From the NCBI GenBank assembly GCA_032718475.1, contig JAUCBJ010005860.1, positions 1 through 52,741 on the forward strand: a DNA stretch of 52,741 nt, read 5' to 3'. The notes under the pieces are model-generated. The model was given only the letters and a program-made list of their open reading frames with translations. It searched no databases and was not told the origin of the DNA. Positions within the stretch are counted from its first letter, which is position 1. The number at the start of each line of letters is the position of its first letter. The DNA is from Nemertoderma westbladi. Its lineage: Eukaryota; Animalia; Xenacoelomorpha. A program made the translations under genes and the position numbers. Below are positions 1 to 11,600 of the stretch, piece after piece.

Positions 1-27
1 ATGGTGATGATAAAATATCATTCTTAG

Positions 28-3000
28 GTCCTTGGAGTGACTCTGGTAATACCAAACCGTCAACCGTGACCAATAGCGTCATATCGCCAAGTAAATACAA
101 ATTGAGAGTAAGTGAAAAGAAGAAAGAGTATATTGCTCAATTGTCTCAGAGCAATAACATTGAAGATGTCAAAGCCGTCGCTCGTTATCATCATGCTCAG
201 GCAGCTTCAAAGGCTCGCTGGGCAAAAGCGAGACTTTCTATGGGTTCAACTCCCTTAAATACCGTGGAAGTAACTGCTACATCTGTTGAGAATTCCGGTG
301 CTGGAAAATCTAAGTCTTATAGTACTGGAAAGTCCAACAGATCTCGCTCTGTAGAACAGCACAGGGACGAATCAACGAGTGCTCCTCATCGCAGATCGGT
401 TTCAGCTGATCGTATTGTTGTCAAGTACAAGTCAGGCCCTAATTCGGGGTCTATTATGGCCACAGAATCTGTCAGCGTTAACAAGCCAAATTTACAATCT
501 CCTTTGAATGCTTCAACATCCCTCCTAGATGTCTCGCGAAACAATTTATCTTTGTCCGCAATCACAGTAACGACATCTTTGGGAAACCTAGACTCAACCC
601 AAATATTTACTTTAGACCCCGAATCGTTCCGTCCATCATCTAAGCGTACTTCCATGCCAATATCAAATATCAATGAAAAATCACTTAAGAAGAAAAATAG
701 AAGATTTTCTCAACCATACGTTACTGGCGCTGCTTTCTTGGACGAGTCATCCTTTGATGTTGTGTCCCAGCAGGTTCAACAGGCCTCTAAGCCAGATATC
801 GTAATAAAGACTCCTCAGGCGCAGACTTCGAGCGGCAAAAATCAATCTCATCGAATTGTAAAAACACCAAAGCAGGCGAAGTCATGGGCTGATATCGTTA
901 AGAAGCAACCTCTTGGTTCGGTTAAAAAATACAACAAGAAACAGAAATCTGTTGCGGGGCCTTCAATTAAAGATAAGAAGAGATTGAAGAAAGCGATAGA
1001 AAACGCAAATTCCATGAAAGTAGTGAAAGTACCGAAAACTCCAGGAGTTGGAAAAACTCCTAGAAGTAAAGCGGGTGTATTTACTACCGGACACGCATGC
1101 TCTCCTGCTACGCTTTACATCAAGAAACCTTCAAAGTATCACGCAGACGTCGACAATGATGACTCATTACTAATGTTAAACAATGAAACATCCAGCTTCT
1201 CGGCGATGGAAACGCCGGAACCAAGTATGGTCGTCTCGCCATGGGGTGGTACAGCTTCCCAGAAGTCATCAAGGAGATCCTCAAGGAATTTGTCGGATAG
1301 TGAGTCCGATGTTGGACCCAGTAAACATGATAGTTTCGCGACGCCGGCTCTACCAAAGTCTTCAAAGACTGTTGTTAGTAAGACTAATAAATCAGCTTTG
1401 CTACAAAGTCCTGATGTTTTTTGCCAGGCTGGAATCAGCATGACCCCGACTGGTCGACCTATACCAATGACTCAGGTGACACCAGTACAAGCCAGCCCAT
1501 CTAGCTTTGTCCGCGCCAAACCCGGAATTACCCCTTCTAAGACGTCGAGTAACGTCCAGAAACAGGTGACTCCTAAACCGAGGATTCCTAGTAGCCCGAT
1601 GGTATTTGCCACTGCTAGTGAAACTGTGACTCCTTTGAAGTCTCCTCCAGTTACTGTTGTCCAAAACGATCCCGAAAGGAGAGCAGTGTCGCAAAGGAAA
1701 GAGTCGAGAAAAAGTGATGGATTACAAGGAGTATCAAGGATAATGAAAACTCCACAGGTAAAGAATTCCAAGGCGTTTCCTCAGACGCCAAATATGGAAG
1801 GTTTGCAACGATTATTTGGACAAAAACACACAAAAGGCACACCTGTTGATGATTACCATGGTATGGACCATTTATTCCAAGAATCTCAGTCTCCTATGCC
1901 ATCCGGCGAGGTCAGTACGCCATCAGACAATCTCCCACAAGGTGGTTCATCATCTGCCGTTGTTGACTCCGCGCGACGGCCGCGTGGCCGACCAAAGAAG
2001 GTTAAGTTAGACGTAATATCTACAGTGACCGATGCAGCAGTCACTGAGCAAGAGGGTGTGCCACAGCATGGAAAGGATAGAAGTCATGCAGCGTATGCTG
2101 CTTGGGAAACTCGGCGAAGAAATTCTTTGGAGAAAGCCAAATCAACCCTAGTTGCAACTGAGTGCGAAGTTGATGTGGTTGGTGGTTCTGCTGAACACAG
2201 TTCGACAATGACGCCCACTAGTCCAAGTAAAAGTCCATCACATGTTAAGGGGTGGGAAAAGCGGCGAAAAACAATTGAAATGCAGAAGGCAGCATTATCT
2301 GTTGAAGATAAGGTTTCTGGCATTGTTTTTGATGGTGACACTGTTTTGAAAGACATTCCCCATGATTCTCCACAAAAGAACAAGAGTCCAGCCCGGAGTC
2401 AGGCTGCTGTAGTTGGTTGGGAAAAGAGACGAAATACAATCGAGATGCAGAAATCTGCTTTGCATGTGGAAGAGTCTGTGGTAGAACCTACTGCTGAAAA
2501 AGAAATGTTCCAAGATATTGGATTTGTTGAACACAGCTCACCAACTAAGCTTCTGAATCCACCTAAAAGTCCATCACATGTTAAGGGGTGGGAAAAGCGG
2601 CGAAAAACAATTGAAATGCAGAAGGCAGCATTAGCTGTTGAAGAAAATGTTTCTGGCATTGTTTTTGATGGTGACACTGTTGTGAAAGACATTCTCCATG
2701 ATTCTCCACAAAAGAACAAGAGTCCAGCCCGGAGTCAGGCTGCTGTAGTTGGTTGGGAAAAGAGACGAAAAACAATCGAGATGCAGAAAGCTGCTTTGCA
2801 TGTGGAAGAGTCTGTGGTAGAACCTACTGCTGAAAAAGAAATGTTCCAAGATATTGGATTTGTTGAACACAGCTCACCAACTAAGCTTCTGAATCCACCT
2901 AAAAGTCCATCACATGTTAAGGGGTGGGAAAAGCGGCGAAAAACAATTGAAATGCAGAAGGCAGCATTAGCTGTTGAAGAAAATGTTTCTGGCATTGTTT

Positions 3001-3885
3001 TTGATGGTGACACTGTTGTGAAAGACATTCTCCATGATTCTCCACAAAAGAACAAGAGTCCAGCCCGGAGTCAGGCTGCTGTAGTTGGTTGGGAAAAGAG
3101 ACGAAAATCAATCGAGATAGAGAAAGGTGTTTTACATGCGAAAGAGTCTGTGGTTGAACCTACCGCAGGAAAAGAGATGTTCCAAGATGTTGAACACAGT
3201 TCACCAACTAAGGTTCTGATTCCTACTAAAAGTCCGGCACACGTTAGGGGTTGGGAAAAGCGAAAACAAACTATTAAAATTCAAAAGGCAGCTCTAGCCG
3301 TTGAAGAAAAGGTTACAGACATTGTTGTGGGTGTTGAGATAGATAGTGTCGTGGAAGAAATTGTTCATGTCTCTCCGGAGAAGATCAAGAGTCCCGTCCT
3401 GAGTCAGGCTGCTGCTGTTGGTTTGGAAAAGAGACGAAAAATAGTCGAGAGGCAGAAAAATGTCGGTTCAAAAGATGGATCACCAATAGTTGACGATGGA
3501 ACTGACAAGCCAGATGATGCATTAAACGATCCTAAGAAAGTACTATCAAATAGTGAACGAGCCCGTATAGGATGGGAAACTCGTCGAAAAGCAATGGCTC
3601 TCGCCAAATCTGGGGAAGAGGCCAGCGATAAACAATCAGAAACTACCCAAGTGGTTAAACTAAGCGGCCGAAAACGAGTCATCAAGAAATCAGTTCCATT
3701 TAGTCCAACTCGGGATAATACACCCCACCAGAATGCTGGAATGCCACTCACTCCTGTTGCTAGTCCTACCAAACCTAGCCCGGCAATCACTCGCAGACGA
3801 AAGGCCAATAAACAACCAGCTTCCTCGAAATCTTCAAAGACCGAACCACCAGTGCAGACAAAGGACACCGTTACCAGTAACACAG
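28..3885 (+). CDS. MKI67: Large internal exon of a Ki-67-like proliferation/chromosome-periphery protein (5' exons lie outside the window)
   Basis: Acceptor ttcttag ends at 27 and donor G|GTTAGT starts at 3886 (phase 1/1). Encodes KSWADIVK (879-902) and TGHACSPATLYI (1086-1121), matching the Ki-67 conserved-domain motifs SWADVVK and TGHANSPCTII. Also LQGVSRIMKTP and GLQRLF (Ki-67-motif-like), AT-hook RRPRGRPKK (~1975-2000), and many S/T-P CDK sites. The FHA domain is not in the window. Confidence 0.72.
2197..3450 (+). repeat. Coding tandem repeat, 336-bp (112-aa) unit, about 3.5 copies
   Basis: aaaagtccatcacatg recurs at 2229, 2565 and 2901 (period 336), with a degenerate copy at 3228. Each unit has two GWEKRR(K/N)TIEMQK motifs. 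Confidence 0.95.
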
Positions 3886-4317
3886 GTTAGTTGATTTACT
3901 AACTATCTTCTTGAATGAATTGTAAACACTATGTTGATGCGAAAGTTGGGGAGATTTGATCTTTGATTTTCTGCGATTGTTCTAATTGTAATCCGTGATC
4001 AGGAGTTTTTTAAGAATATATTTGAATTAAGAGAAAAAAATAAGAGATATAGCCAGCTTATATTAGAATAACATGTTTTTATTGTTTTGTTGTGAGGTAT
4101 TTTCCAGTATTCTGGTCGTCATATCTTTATTTTCACTACATTCGGTAGTGTAACAAACCACACTGATTATTAAATATCGAAATCATTGTTATCTATTCAA
4201 GTCAGTGTTAATTCAAGGCAAGCGTATATTTACAAACTCTACCAATTATGAAATGTCATACGAGCGATTTAGTATTATAGTTGTTAATTGTCGGCGCATT
4301 TTCAATCAAAAGTTTTA

Positions 4318-7300
4318 CTATCCCGATTTCGGTATGTGTTGTTCTGTTGCTAAAAGATCTACCAATGTTTGACCAATATTACAGTAATTACAGGAGTTAG
4401 TTTGAGTAGGAATTTCGCCACCTTCTCCTAGTGCTGTCATCACAGTTCCACCCTCCTTCTTTGTCTTCCCTGCCTTACCGCGTCCCATTATCCTCCTTTG
4501 TCTCTCCCGTCTTCCTTCCACTGACGATCCCTGCCGGTCCATTTTCCGTCCTCGCTTATTTGATGGTCCACCGAACCCGTTATCTATCGGGCCCGACGGC
4601 TGGCCTATAGGGATAATGATGGGTGGCGCTGGGTTAGGTGGTGGAGGGAGATACGCAGGCCCCCCACCACCACTGCCACCACCCTGTATTATAATAGGGG
4701 GCTGAGGTGGCGGGTATGAAGGTGGCGCTGCCACATGGCATCCCTGTGGTGGGGAACAACATTTTGGAGCATCCCAACATTCGCAGACATCCACCTCATT
4801 TGGACTGCAGCGTCCCGTTATCTTCATCAATGCTTCCAGACCGTTCATTGGTTTCCTCCTCCTGCCTCCCAACAGTCGTCGTAATAGACCCCGTTTCCCA
4901 CCAACTCGTCCCCGTGTATCCGGGTCGAACGCGTCGCATACACTCCTTCCCAACAGACAGTGGTGTCGGTGGCGTTGAGGACTTCCCTCGCCGTCCAAAC
5001 AGAACGTGTCCACTAGATTTTGACCGATTTCACAGAATTGGCAGTGTGGATCTTCGTTATCACTGCAGCAACTGGAACAACTCGAAGAGCAACTGGAGCT
5101 GCTGCTACATTGCGGGGATTCCTTCCCTTTTTCGTGATGGACGTTGTTGATGTAGGTTATCGGCGCATCCTTTGTAGCCTTTTCCGCAAAATGACAGGGG
5201 CCTCCCTGAGCGCAGCCTTCTTTTACTTTTATTATAATCGGGCCTGGTGGGGCAGCTGGTGGCATTATCGGTTGTGCGGGTGGTGGTGGTGGAGGTGGTG
5301 GTGCTGCCGGCGGGATTATGATTGGTTGTTGAGGTTGTGGGGGTGGTGGTGGGCAGTGGTGGTGTGGTAGATGTGGTGGTGGTGGTGGTGGCTTTGGTTG
5401 TGGTGGAATGATGATGAGTGGTTCTTGATCATCCCTTTTTGCTTCTTGTTTATTTGCTTCAGTCGCTGCTCCTATCTGTGTCCAAGCCAATCGCTCCGAT
5501 TCTCTCGCCTGTTTTGCTGCCTTCGTTTCAGCTTCGGTCTGTTGGGCCGTCTGAGATGTTCCTCCATCATCTTCTTTACCTTGTCCTTGATTTATAATTG
5601 TTGTAACTTCTATTGGTGGAGCTGCTTCAGGTTCAGGTGGTTGACAATGTATCGTCATTGGGCATCCACAGGGCTGCACTCCCCCCATAGGCATTCCCGC
5701 CACTGGAGGCATTCCCATACATGGAAGCATTCCCATACCTGGGGGCATCCCCATACTTGGAGGTAATCCCATCCCAAAGGGCATCCCCATATATGGAGGC
5801 ATTCGTGGCGGCATCCCCATACCCATTGGTAGGATGATCGGTGGTTGAGTCGGAGGGGTGTATGGTTGCGATATCTGTTGCGGCTGTGGCGTTTGGATGG
5901 TGCAGTTACATATATCTTGTACCAAGGATGGATTTGCTGTGGTTTTTGTCCCCTGTTCTGCTACATTTACATTTGTTTTGTTCTTAACATGTTCTACGTC
6001 TGTGCATTCTATATGTTCAGAATCAGTGCACGAACATTCGTAATGGTATTTACTAGGATAGTCTATTTTCATTGTGACATTGCCTATTTCTACATTTCCT
6101 AATTCTTTCTCATTTTCGCTTACGACGCTCAATTCCCCAGTGTTGTTTGTGACTGTTGGTAGAACCGTCGCACCAGTATCGATTCCAACTGTCAACGCTT
6201 TGGAATCCGTGAAATCCTGCAGTACTCCTTGGACGTTTTGGTTTAAGTTTGCGGAGTTCGGGGTGTCTCTGTAGTTGAGTTGCATTGGTTTGCTCGCTTT
6301 GACTTTGGCTTGAGGAAGTTCTGTTTCTTCTCTCTCCTCTAATTCTTTTCTTTTTTTTGCTTTATTTCTCTTTCGAATTCTTTCGTACTTTTTATCCAGT
6401 GGAACAAAGGGACGGTTTTTTTGTTCAAAATCGTGTTTGGGCCACGAAGACGGTTTAAACATATCTTCGTATTCCCGGGCGTAACGCTCGTCTAACGGTT
6501 TGAATGGTTTACGTCTCGGTTGGTAACGGTATGGTGTGTTCCTGTAGGGTCTATCAGTCCGACAGACCACATCTCCAAAGCCCCCATGCCGGTGCTCACT
6601 CAAATCACGTGTAGAAAGTCCGTGACGTTCTCGCATTTTTCCGTATGTGTATTGTTCATTTAGCGACACAAATGGAGCCATTCTCTTTCCGAACTTGTAC
6701 TTCCCAGATTCTATATTTTTGTTATGATTCTTGTCGGTATATTTTGAGTTGAGGGGTATAAATGGGTCCTCCCTGGCTCCCATTTGATGCTTGGGATTTT
6801 CGACTTGTCTGTTGAAGTTATTATCGTCGTATTGCGCAGCTATCGAAACGATTTGGTTGTTTTTCGGCTCATAACGATGTGGCGTCTCACTGAGGTGCCT
6901 CCGATCATTTAACAAGTACTGTTTATCCAAATCCACGAAAGGTTTATCTTTTTCCTTGAAACGATACGGCGTATCCTTATAGTTTGAACCAACGCCTTTT
7001 GATTTTGTGTTTGACTTATTCCTCTTTTGTGTCTTTCGTTTACAGTCAGAAATTCTGCAATGACCTTGTTTGCATGCTCTAGAACTAGTACAAGTAAATG
7101 TTTTATTGCATAGTGGTGCAATATTTGTGCATGAGGGGAGTTGATATTTAGTATTAGCGCAACCATATTGTGTATAGGTTTGGCCACATGACTGGTTTCC
7201 CAGAGCTCTGGGTTTATGTTCCATGGCTCGGATGCCGTCCTTGTTGGAGCTGAATGCAAAGACAACCGGCGCCGCGTCTGGGTTGGTTTCATCGAAGTCA

Positions 7301-7440
7301 AGGCCATTGGGCTCGTTGGCCATGTATCTAAAAGTCCTTCCAACCATCCTCCTCAGGCTGTCTTTAGACCTCTGCCATTTTCCAACAGGCGGAGGGGCCG
7401 CCTCTAATACCTCATCGGTAGCCGAACTGTACCTCCTCAT
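4318..7440 (-). CDS. Intronless 1040-aa Pro/Cys-rich protein of unknown function, nested antisense in the Ki-67-like intron
   Basis: Uninterrupted 3.1-kb ATG-initiated ORF flanked by AT-rich DNA. Internal degenerate protein repeats. AATAAA on the minus strand at 4126-4131, downstream of the stop. Confidence 0.85.
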   Translation of the reverse strand: MRRYSSATDEVLEAAPPPVGKWQRSKDSLRRMVGRTFRYMANEPNGLDFDETNPDAAPVVFAFSSNKDGIRAMEHKPRALGNQSCGQTYTQYGCANTKYQLPSCTNIAPLCNKTFTCTSSRACKQGHCRISDCKRKTQKRNKSNTKSKGVGSNYKDTPYRFKEKDKPFVDLDKQYLLNDRRHLSETPHRYEPKNNQIVSIAAQYDDNNFNRQVENPKHQMGAREDPFIPLNSKYTDKNHNKNIESGKYKFGKRMAPFVSLNEQYTYGKMRERHGLSTRDLSEHRHGGFGDVVCRTDRPYRNTPYRYQPRRKPFKPLDERYAREYEDMFKPSSWPKHDFEQKNRPFVPLDKKYERIRKRNKAKKRKELEEREETELPQAKVKASKPMQLNYRDTPNSANLNQNVQGVLQDFTDSKALTVGIDTGATVLPTVTNNTGELSVVSENEKELGNVEIGNVTMKIDYPSKYHYECSCTDSEHIECTDVEHVKNKTNVNVAEQGTKTTANPSLVQDICNCTIQTPQPQQISQPYTPPTQPPIILPMGMGMPPRMPPYMGMPFGMGLPPSMGMPPGMGMLPCMGMPPVAGMPMGGVQPCGCPMTIHCQPPEPEAAPPIEVTTIINQGQGKEDDGGTSQTAQQTEAETKAAKQARESERLAWTQIGAATEANKQEAKRDDQEPLIIIPPQPKPPPPPPHLPHHHCPPPPPQPQQPIIIPPAAPPPPPPPPAQPIMPPAAPPGPIIIKVKEGCAQGGPCHFAEKATKDAPITYINNVHHEKGKESPQCSSSSSCSSSCSSCCSDNEDPHCQFCEIGQNLVDTFCLDGEGSPQRHRHHCLLGRSVCDAFDPDTRGRVGGKRGLLRRLLGGRRRKPMNGLEALMKITGRCSPNEVDVCECWDAPKCCSPPQGCHVAAPPSYPPPQPPIIIQGGGSGGGGPAYLPPPPNPAPPIIIPIGQPSGPIDNGFGGPSNKRGRKMDRQGSSVEGRRERQRRIMGRGKAGKTKKEGGTVMTALGEGGEIPTQTNSCNYCNIGQTLVDLLATEQHIPKSG

Positions 7441-8653
7441 TGAGTATTACCTGTTCTTAATCGGATTTTAAACGTAATTTTGGACAAATTAATTATTCTT
7501 CGACCCTGTCATTTAATCCGGCCACTAAATTTAAACTATTTATATTAACTATTCTGCAATTGTAGGGTCCACTTAAATAATATCCGTATACTGTAACGAC
7601 TACGTTTAATTGTCATTCATTGCCGAACAAAATTAATGAAAATGTGATTTATATGAATGTTTCTGGTAGTTTTGAATATTAAGTTGTTTAGTTACGACGG
7701 TTTCTATTTTTACATTCATCCACTTCCTTAATTATATTTAGGTTGTTTGTTATTATTTGTTGTAAGTCACTTTTTTTTTGTCAAAGTCGTTAACAAGTTT
7801 GACAAAAAAATAACACTTTTTATGTCAACAACAAAAATAATGTTTCCATGACATAAATAATAATATTGCATTTAATTTTTAATTAAATAGATTATAGATT
7901 AAATAGATAATTTCTAATACTACTAGTTTTTCTCTTTTTATAAATGTTATAGGACAAGTGTTAGTTATCAATTTTGATAAATATTTTTGTTCTAGAACAC
8001 ATTTTATATTTTTTATACTAGCTAGCTTTTTCTACTTTTTATAAATGTTATAGAACAAGTGTTAGTTATCAATTTTGATAAATATTTTTATTCTAGAATA
8101 CATTTTTTTTCTAGAACATTTTTGGGAAAAAATACCTACTACCGTCAGAAGGTCAATATTTGTTCTAGAAAAACAAAACATCATGATAAACGCCTTTTTA
8201 TATGAAAAAAAATGGTTCAACTATGGCTACCCAATGTGTAATAATGCCCATATTTCACTATATGGAAGAAGCGATGGACGATATTATGCTGTAATAGGCC
8301 TAGATAAAAGTGAGAAGACTTACAACAAATAAAACGACGTAAGTGGTGCGGGCAAAAAGTAACTTTTTTTGCCACCACGTAAATAAATAGTTATTATTGA
8401 CTTTAAAAAGTTACGTTTTCCTTTGTGATTAAAATTGGAAATTAATATTTTACATCCATCTTTCAATCAAATTCCATCTTTATTATATAGCATCGCTAGC
8501 TAAACCGCCTACCGGAAGGTATATCGGGGACCCCAAGTGTTTAACGAGTAAAAAAAGAATAGCTACAATGAAATTTAGTTTAACCGACCAGCATCTTTAT
8601 TAACGAAAACGTTACCAATTTCTCAAATGTCAAGTTAATAGATTTACAACCCA

Positions 8654-11600
8654 TAGTCTACCTGCCAACTCCCGAAAATTAAGTTTAGATGGCATTTTTT
8701 GTTAATGGTTGGCATCCACCTGATTTTTGTACTTCAAGACATGGCGAATCCAGGTAGGCCGGATGCCACCTCTGCATTTTTAATTTAATGCCTTTTTTTG
8801 GGCTTCAAAGTTTTTTGCTCAAAAATGATTTTTTTCAATTTTAGGATACAAGTTCAGGGTGAATGCTAGTGAATCTCGTCTCATAACCAGTGTATAAATT
8901 GAAAGTTAATCAAAATGCATCAATGTTGTCCTGAAACTGTTATAAACACTTTGGTAAAGAAGAAAATTTCCGAAATTCCCTTGCAGTCCGCCAACCCGGC
9001 CCTAGTAACCGCCTTAGCAACAGATATATTAAATTTAAATTGTCAATTTCTTTGTCTCACCTTTCCTTTTCCTGAGAAAATCTACAAACAGTTTTAAAAA
9101 TCAAAAAACCCATCACACAACTTATATGACATCTTGGGAACACATCAAGGGCAATATAAAATGAAATAGCGTCCAATGTCGCAGACACAGGCCCATTATT
9201 TGGACCAGAGTAATTTTCACAAGTATCAAAATATTGAGTTTAAGTGGAGAGTTCGTGTACCTTTACTCAACTATTTGCTTCCATATTTGTAATTTTTTTA
9301 AATTATCACTACAGCTCAGTAGCATGGTGATACTTCCCGTCATATTGTGCACATTTAGGTGACATTTACAGACCACGTTACCATAGCAACAGACCAAATA
9401 AGACAATTTAATAAGAATTTAATTTACAGTATAACTATAATGTAGTTTTCCCTAGGCCTACCTTACCAGAGTTTGAGAGATTAAATGTGACACACGTCGC
9501 ATAGCTATAACCTTCGACTGTTAGTCAACATCCTATCGTGACTTGGGGGAATATTGTTTAATATAAATATGAATTTTAAAGTATCTCATGCGTTCATTGA
9601 GGAGACCTACAGTTAATAGTTAACTCACTCTAAATTCTGCTAAGATATTAGTTTTGCAACAGGCAGGTACATCACACTATGCACCGTCGAGACAGGGGTT
9701 GAGCGGGGGAGGGGGCACAAATCCCATTTCGGTTTTTATTTTGTTTTTATTTCAATTATTTTTTCTCAATGTTAAATTATCAATTTAGGGAAAGGACCAG
9801 TTTACAATGGCACGTTATTCCATAAATATCGACCTACCTAACAGTAATGTTTCTTTCACTTTGAGATTGATTTTCACTATCACTTGCATCTGCCTATTAT
9901 TATTATGACTTGATGGAAATGGATGGTGACGAACATATTCCTACTATTAAAAGGAAAACTTGCCCGAATGTGGTTTGTGAAGAGACATGCATAGTATATG
10001 GAGCAAAGAAAGATCTGTGAGCACAGAATCAGATACACGATGTACCTCAAAGTTATCAGGCAATACCCTGTTATGTTTGGAAGCTGCTTCTCAAAGTAGG
10101 CCTTCCAACCATTATTGAGGAGTTCACTCGATTCAGCATTAACCTTGGTGGTTGGTTTGCTTTTCCTCCCAGTGAGCAGGTTTACTGATTGCTATGCCTG
10201 AGCTGATTGCCTGCTATCATCAGCGTTAATGGCATCAACCTCGGCCCTACTTATTGATAAGCTCCTTAAGCATTGTCTGTCTTCGTGTGCCCTAGTCGGC
10301 GGGATAAATTCTGCGCCATTTGAGGTCATTTCGGCACTTCCGAATTCTGTGATCCGAGCGGGTGGGGGGGGGGGGGGGGCTATTTCCTGTTTCGAGGATA
10401 TACAGGATCTGTTTCAGCAGCTGCTAAATTAATTGCTTCTCTGAAGGCAGTATAGCCCACGCAGTGATTTGCCGCCTCAGAGGCGAGAACTTCATACCTG
10501 TTGTTCAACTGTAGTGTGAAGCTGGATCTCACAACTGGGCTGTTGCAACAAAGAGGACCAGTCATTTCTTGGCAATTCTGCTAGCGTGGAGACTAAGTCT
10601 TACCTTGGCCACAATAATAGGTAATAGCTGGATAAGGGTCGAAGTGCAAATATACTTTAGTCTTGTACAGAATAGAGCTCCTGTATTTCCCACGAAACAG
10701 AATATGGTATATCTGGGACGTGTGACCACTTGGTCCAGTATGAGATGTAGATGAGTGATGTAGACTTGCATTAAAGTCACCCAGGCAAATTAAGAATGCA
10801 TGCTGATCCACTCCATCAGTAGATGCATGTAGATTGTGGTAGAAATTTTCCACTTCATCTTTCTGCACACTTCTTCTTGTTCCACATACTATGCAAGTCT
10901 CTTCACAAATCACATTCGGGAAGTTTACCTTTAAGAGTTGGAATACCCATGTTCGTCACCATCCATTTCCATCAAGTCATAATAATAATAATAGGCAAAT
11001 GAAAGTGATAGTTTTGACGCAATCAAAATTGATCCCTCTCCAGGGTGAAAATCGACGCAAATAACACCTGATTACTCTCAAAAATTAAACTTCTATCTGT
11101 TCTGTTGATATTCGTTTATTGTTTTGTTCCGAGTAACGTGCCACTGTAAACTGATCCTTTCCTTAAATTGATAATTTAACATTGATACAAAATATTAATT
11201 CGCCGAAATTAACTTTAGGTCTCGATAAACGCCTGAGATACTTTAAAATTCATATTTGTATTAAACAGTATCCCCCAAGTCACGATATGATGTTGACTAA
11301 CAGTCGTAGGATATAGCTATGCGACGTGTGTTACATTTAATCTCTCAAAACTCTGGTAAGGTAGGCCTAGGGAATACTGCATTATAGTTATACTGTAAAT
11401 TAAATTCTTGTTAAATTGTCTTATTTGGTCTGTTGCTATGGTAACGTGGACTGAAAATGTCACCCGAATGTGTACAATATGACGGGAAGTATCACCATGC
11501 TTCTTAGCTGTAGTGATATTTTCAAATAATTACAAATATGGAAGCAAATAGTTGAGTCTATGTACACGAACTCTCCACTTAAACTCAATATTTTGATACT

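Noticed and set aside
386-3883. Antisense and alternate-frame ORFs overlapping the large coding exons
   Set aside because: Shadow frames of repetitive coding sequence with no recognisable motifs.
66-3890. Treating the 1274-aa ORF (and the ORFs at 15403, 17300, 39551, 39832) as standalone genes
   Set aside because: Starts are non-ATG or intronic, and ends coincide with splice donors or acceptors; phases join into multi-exon genes.
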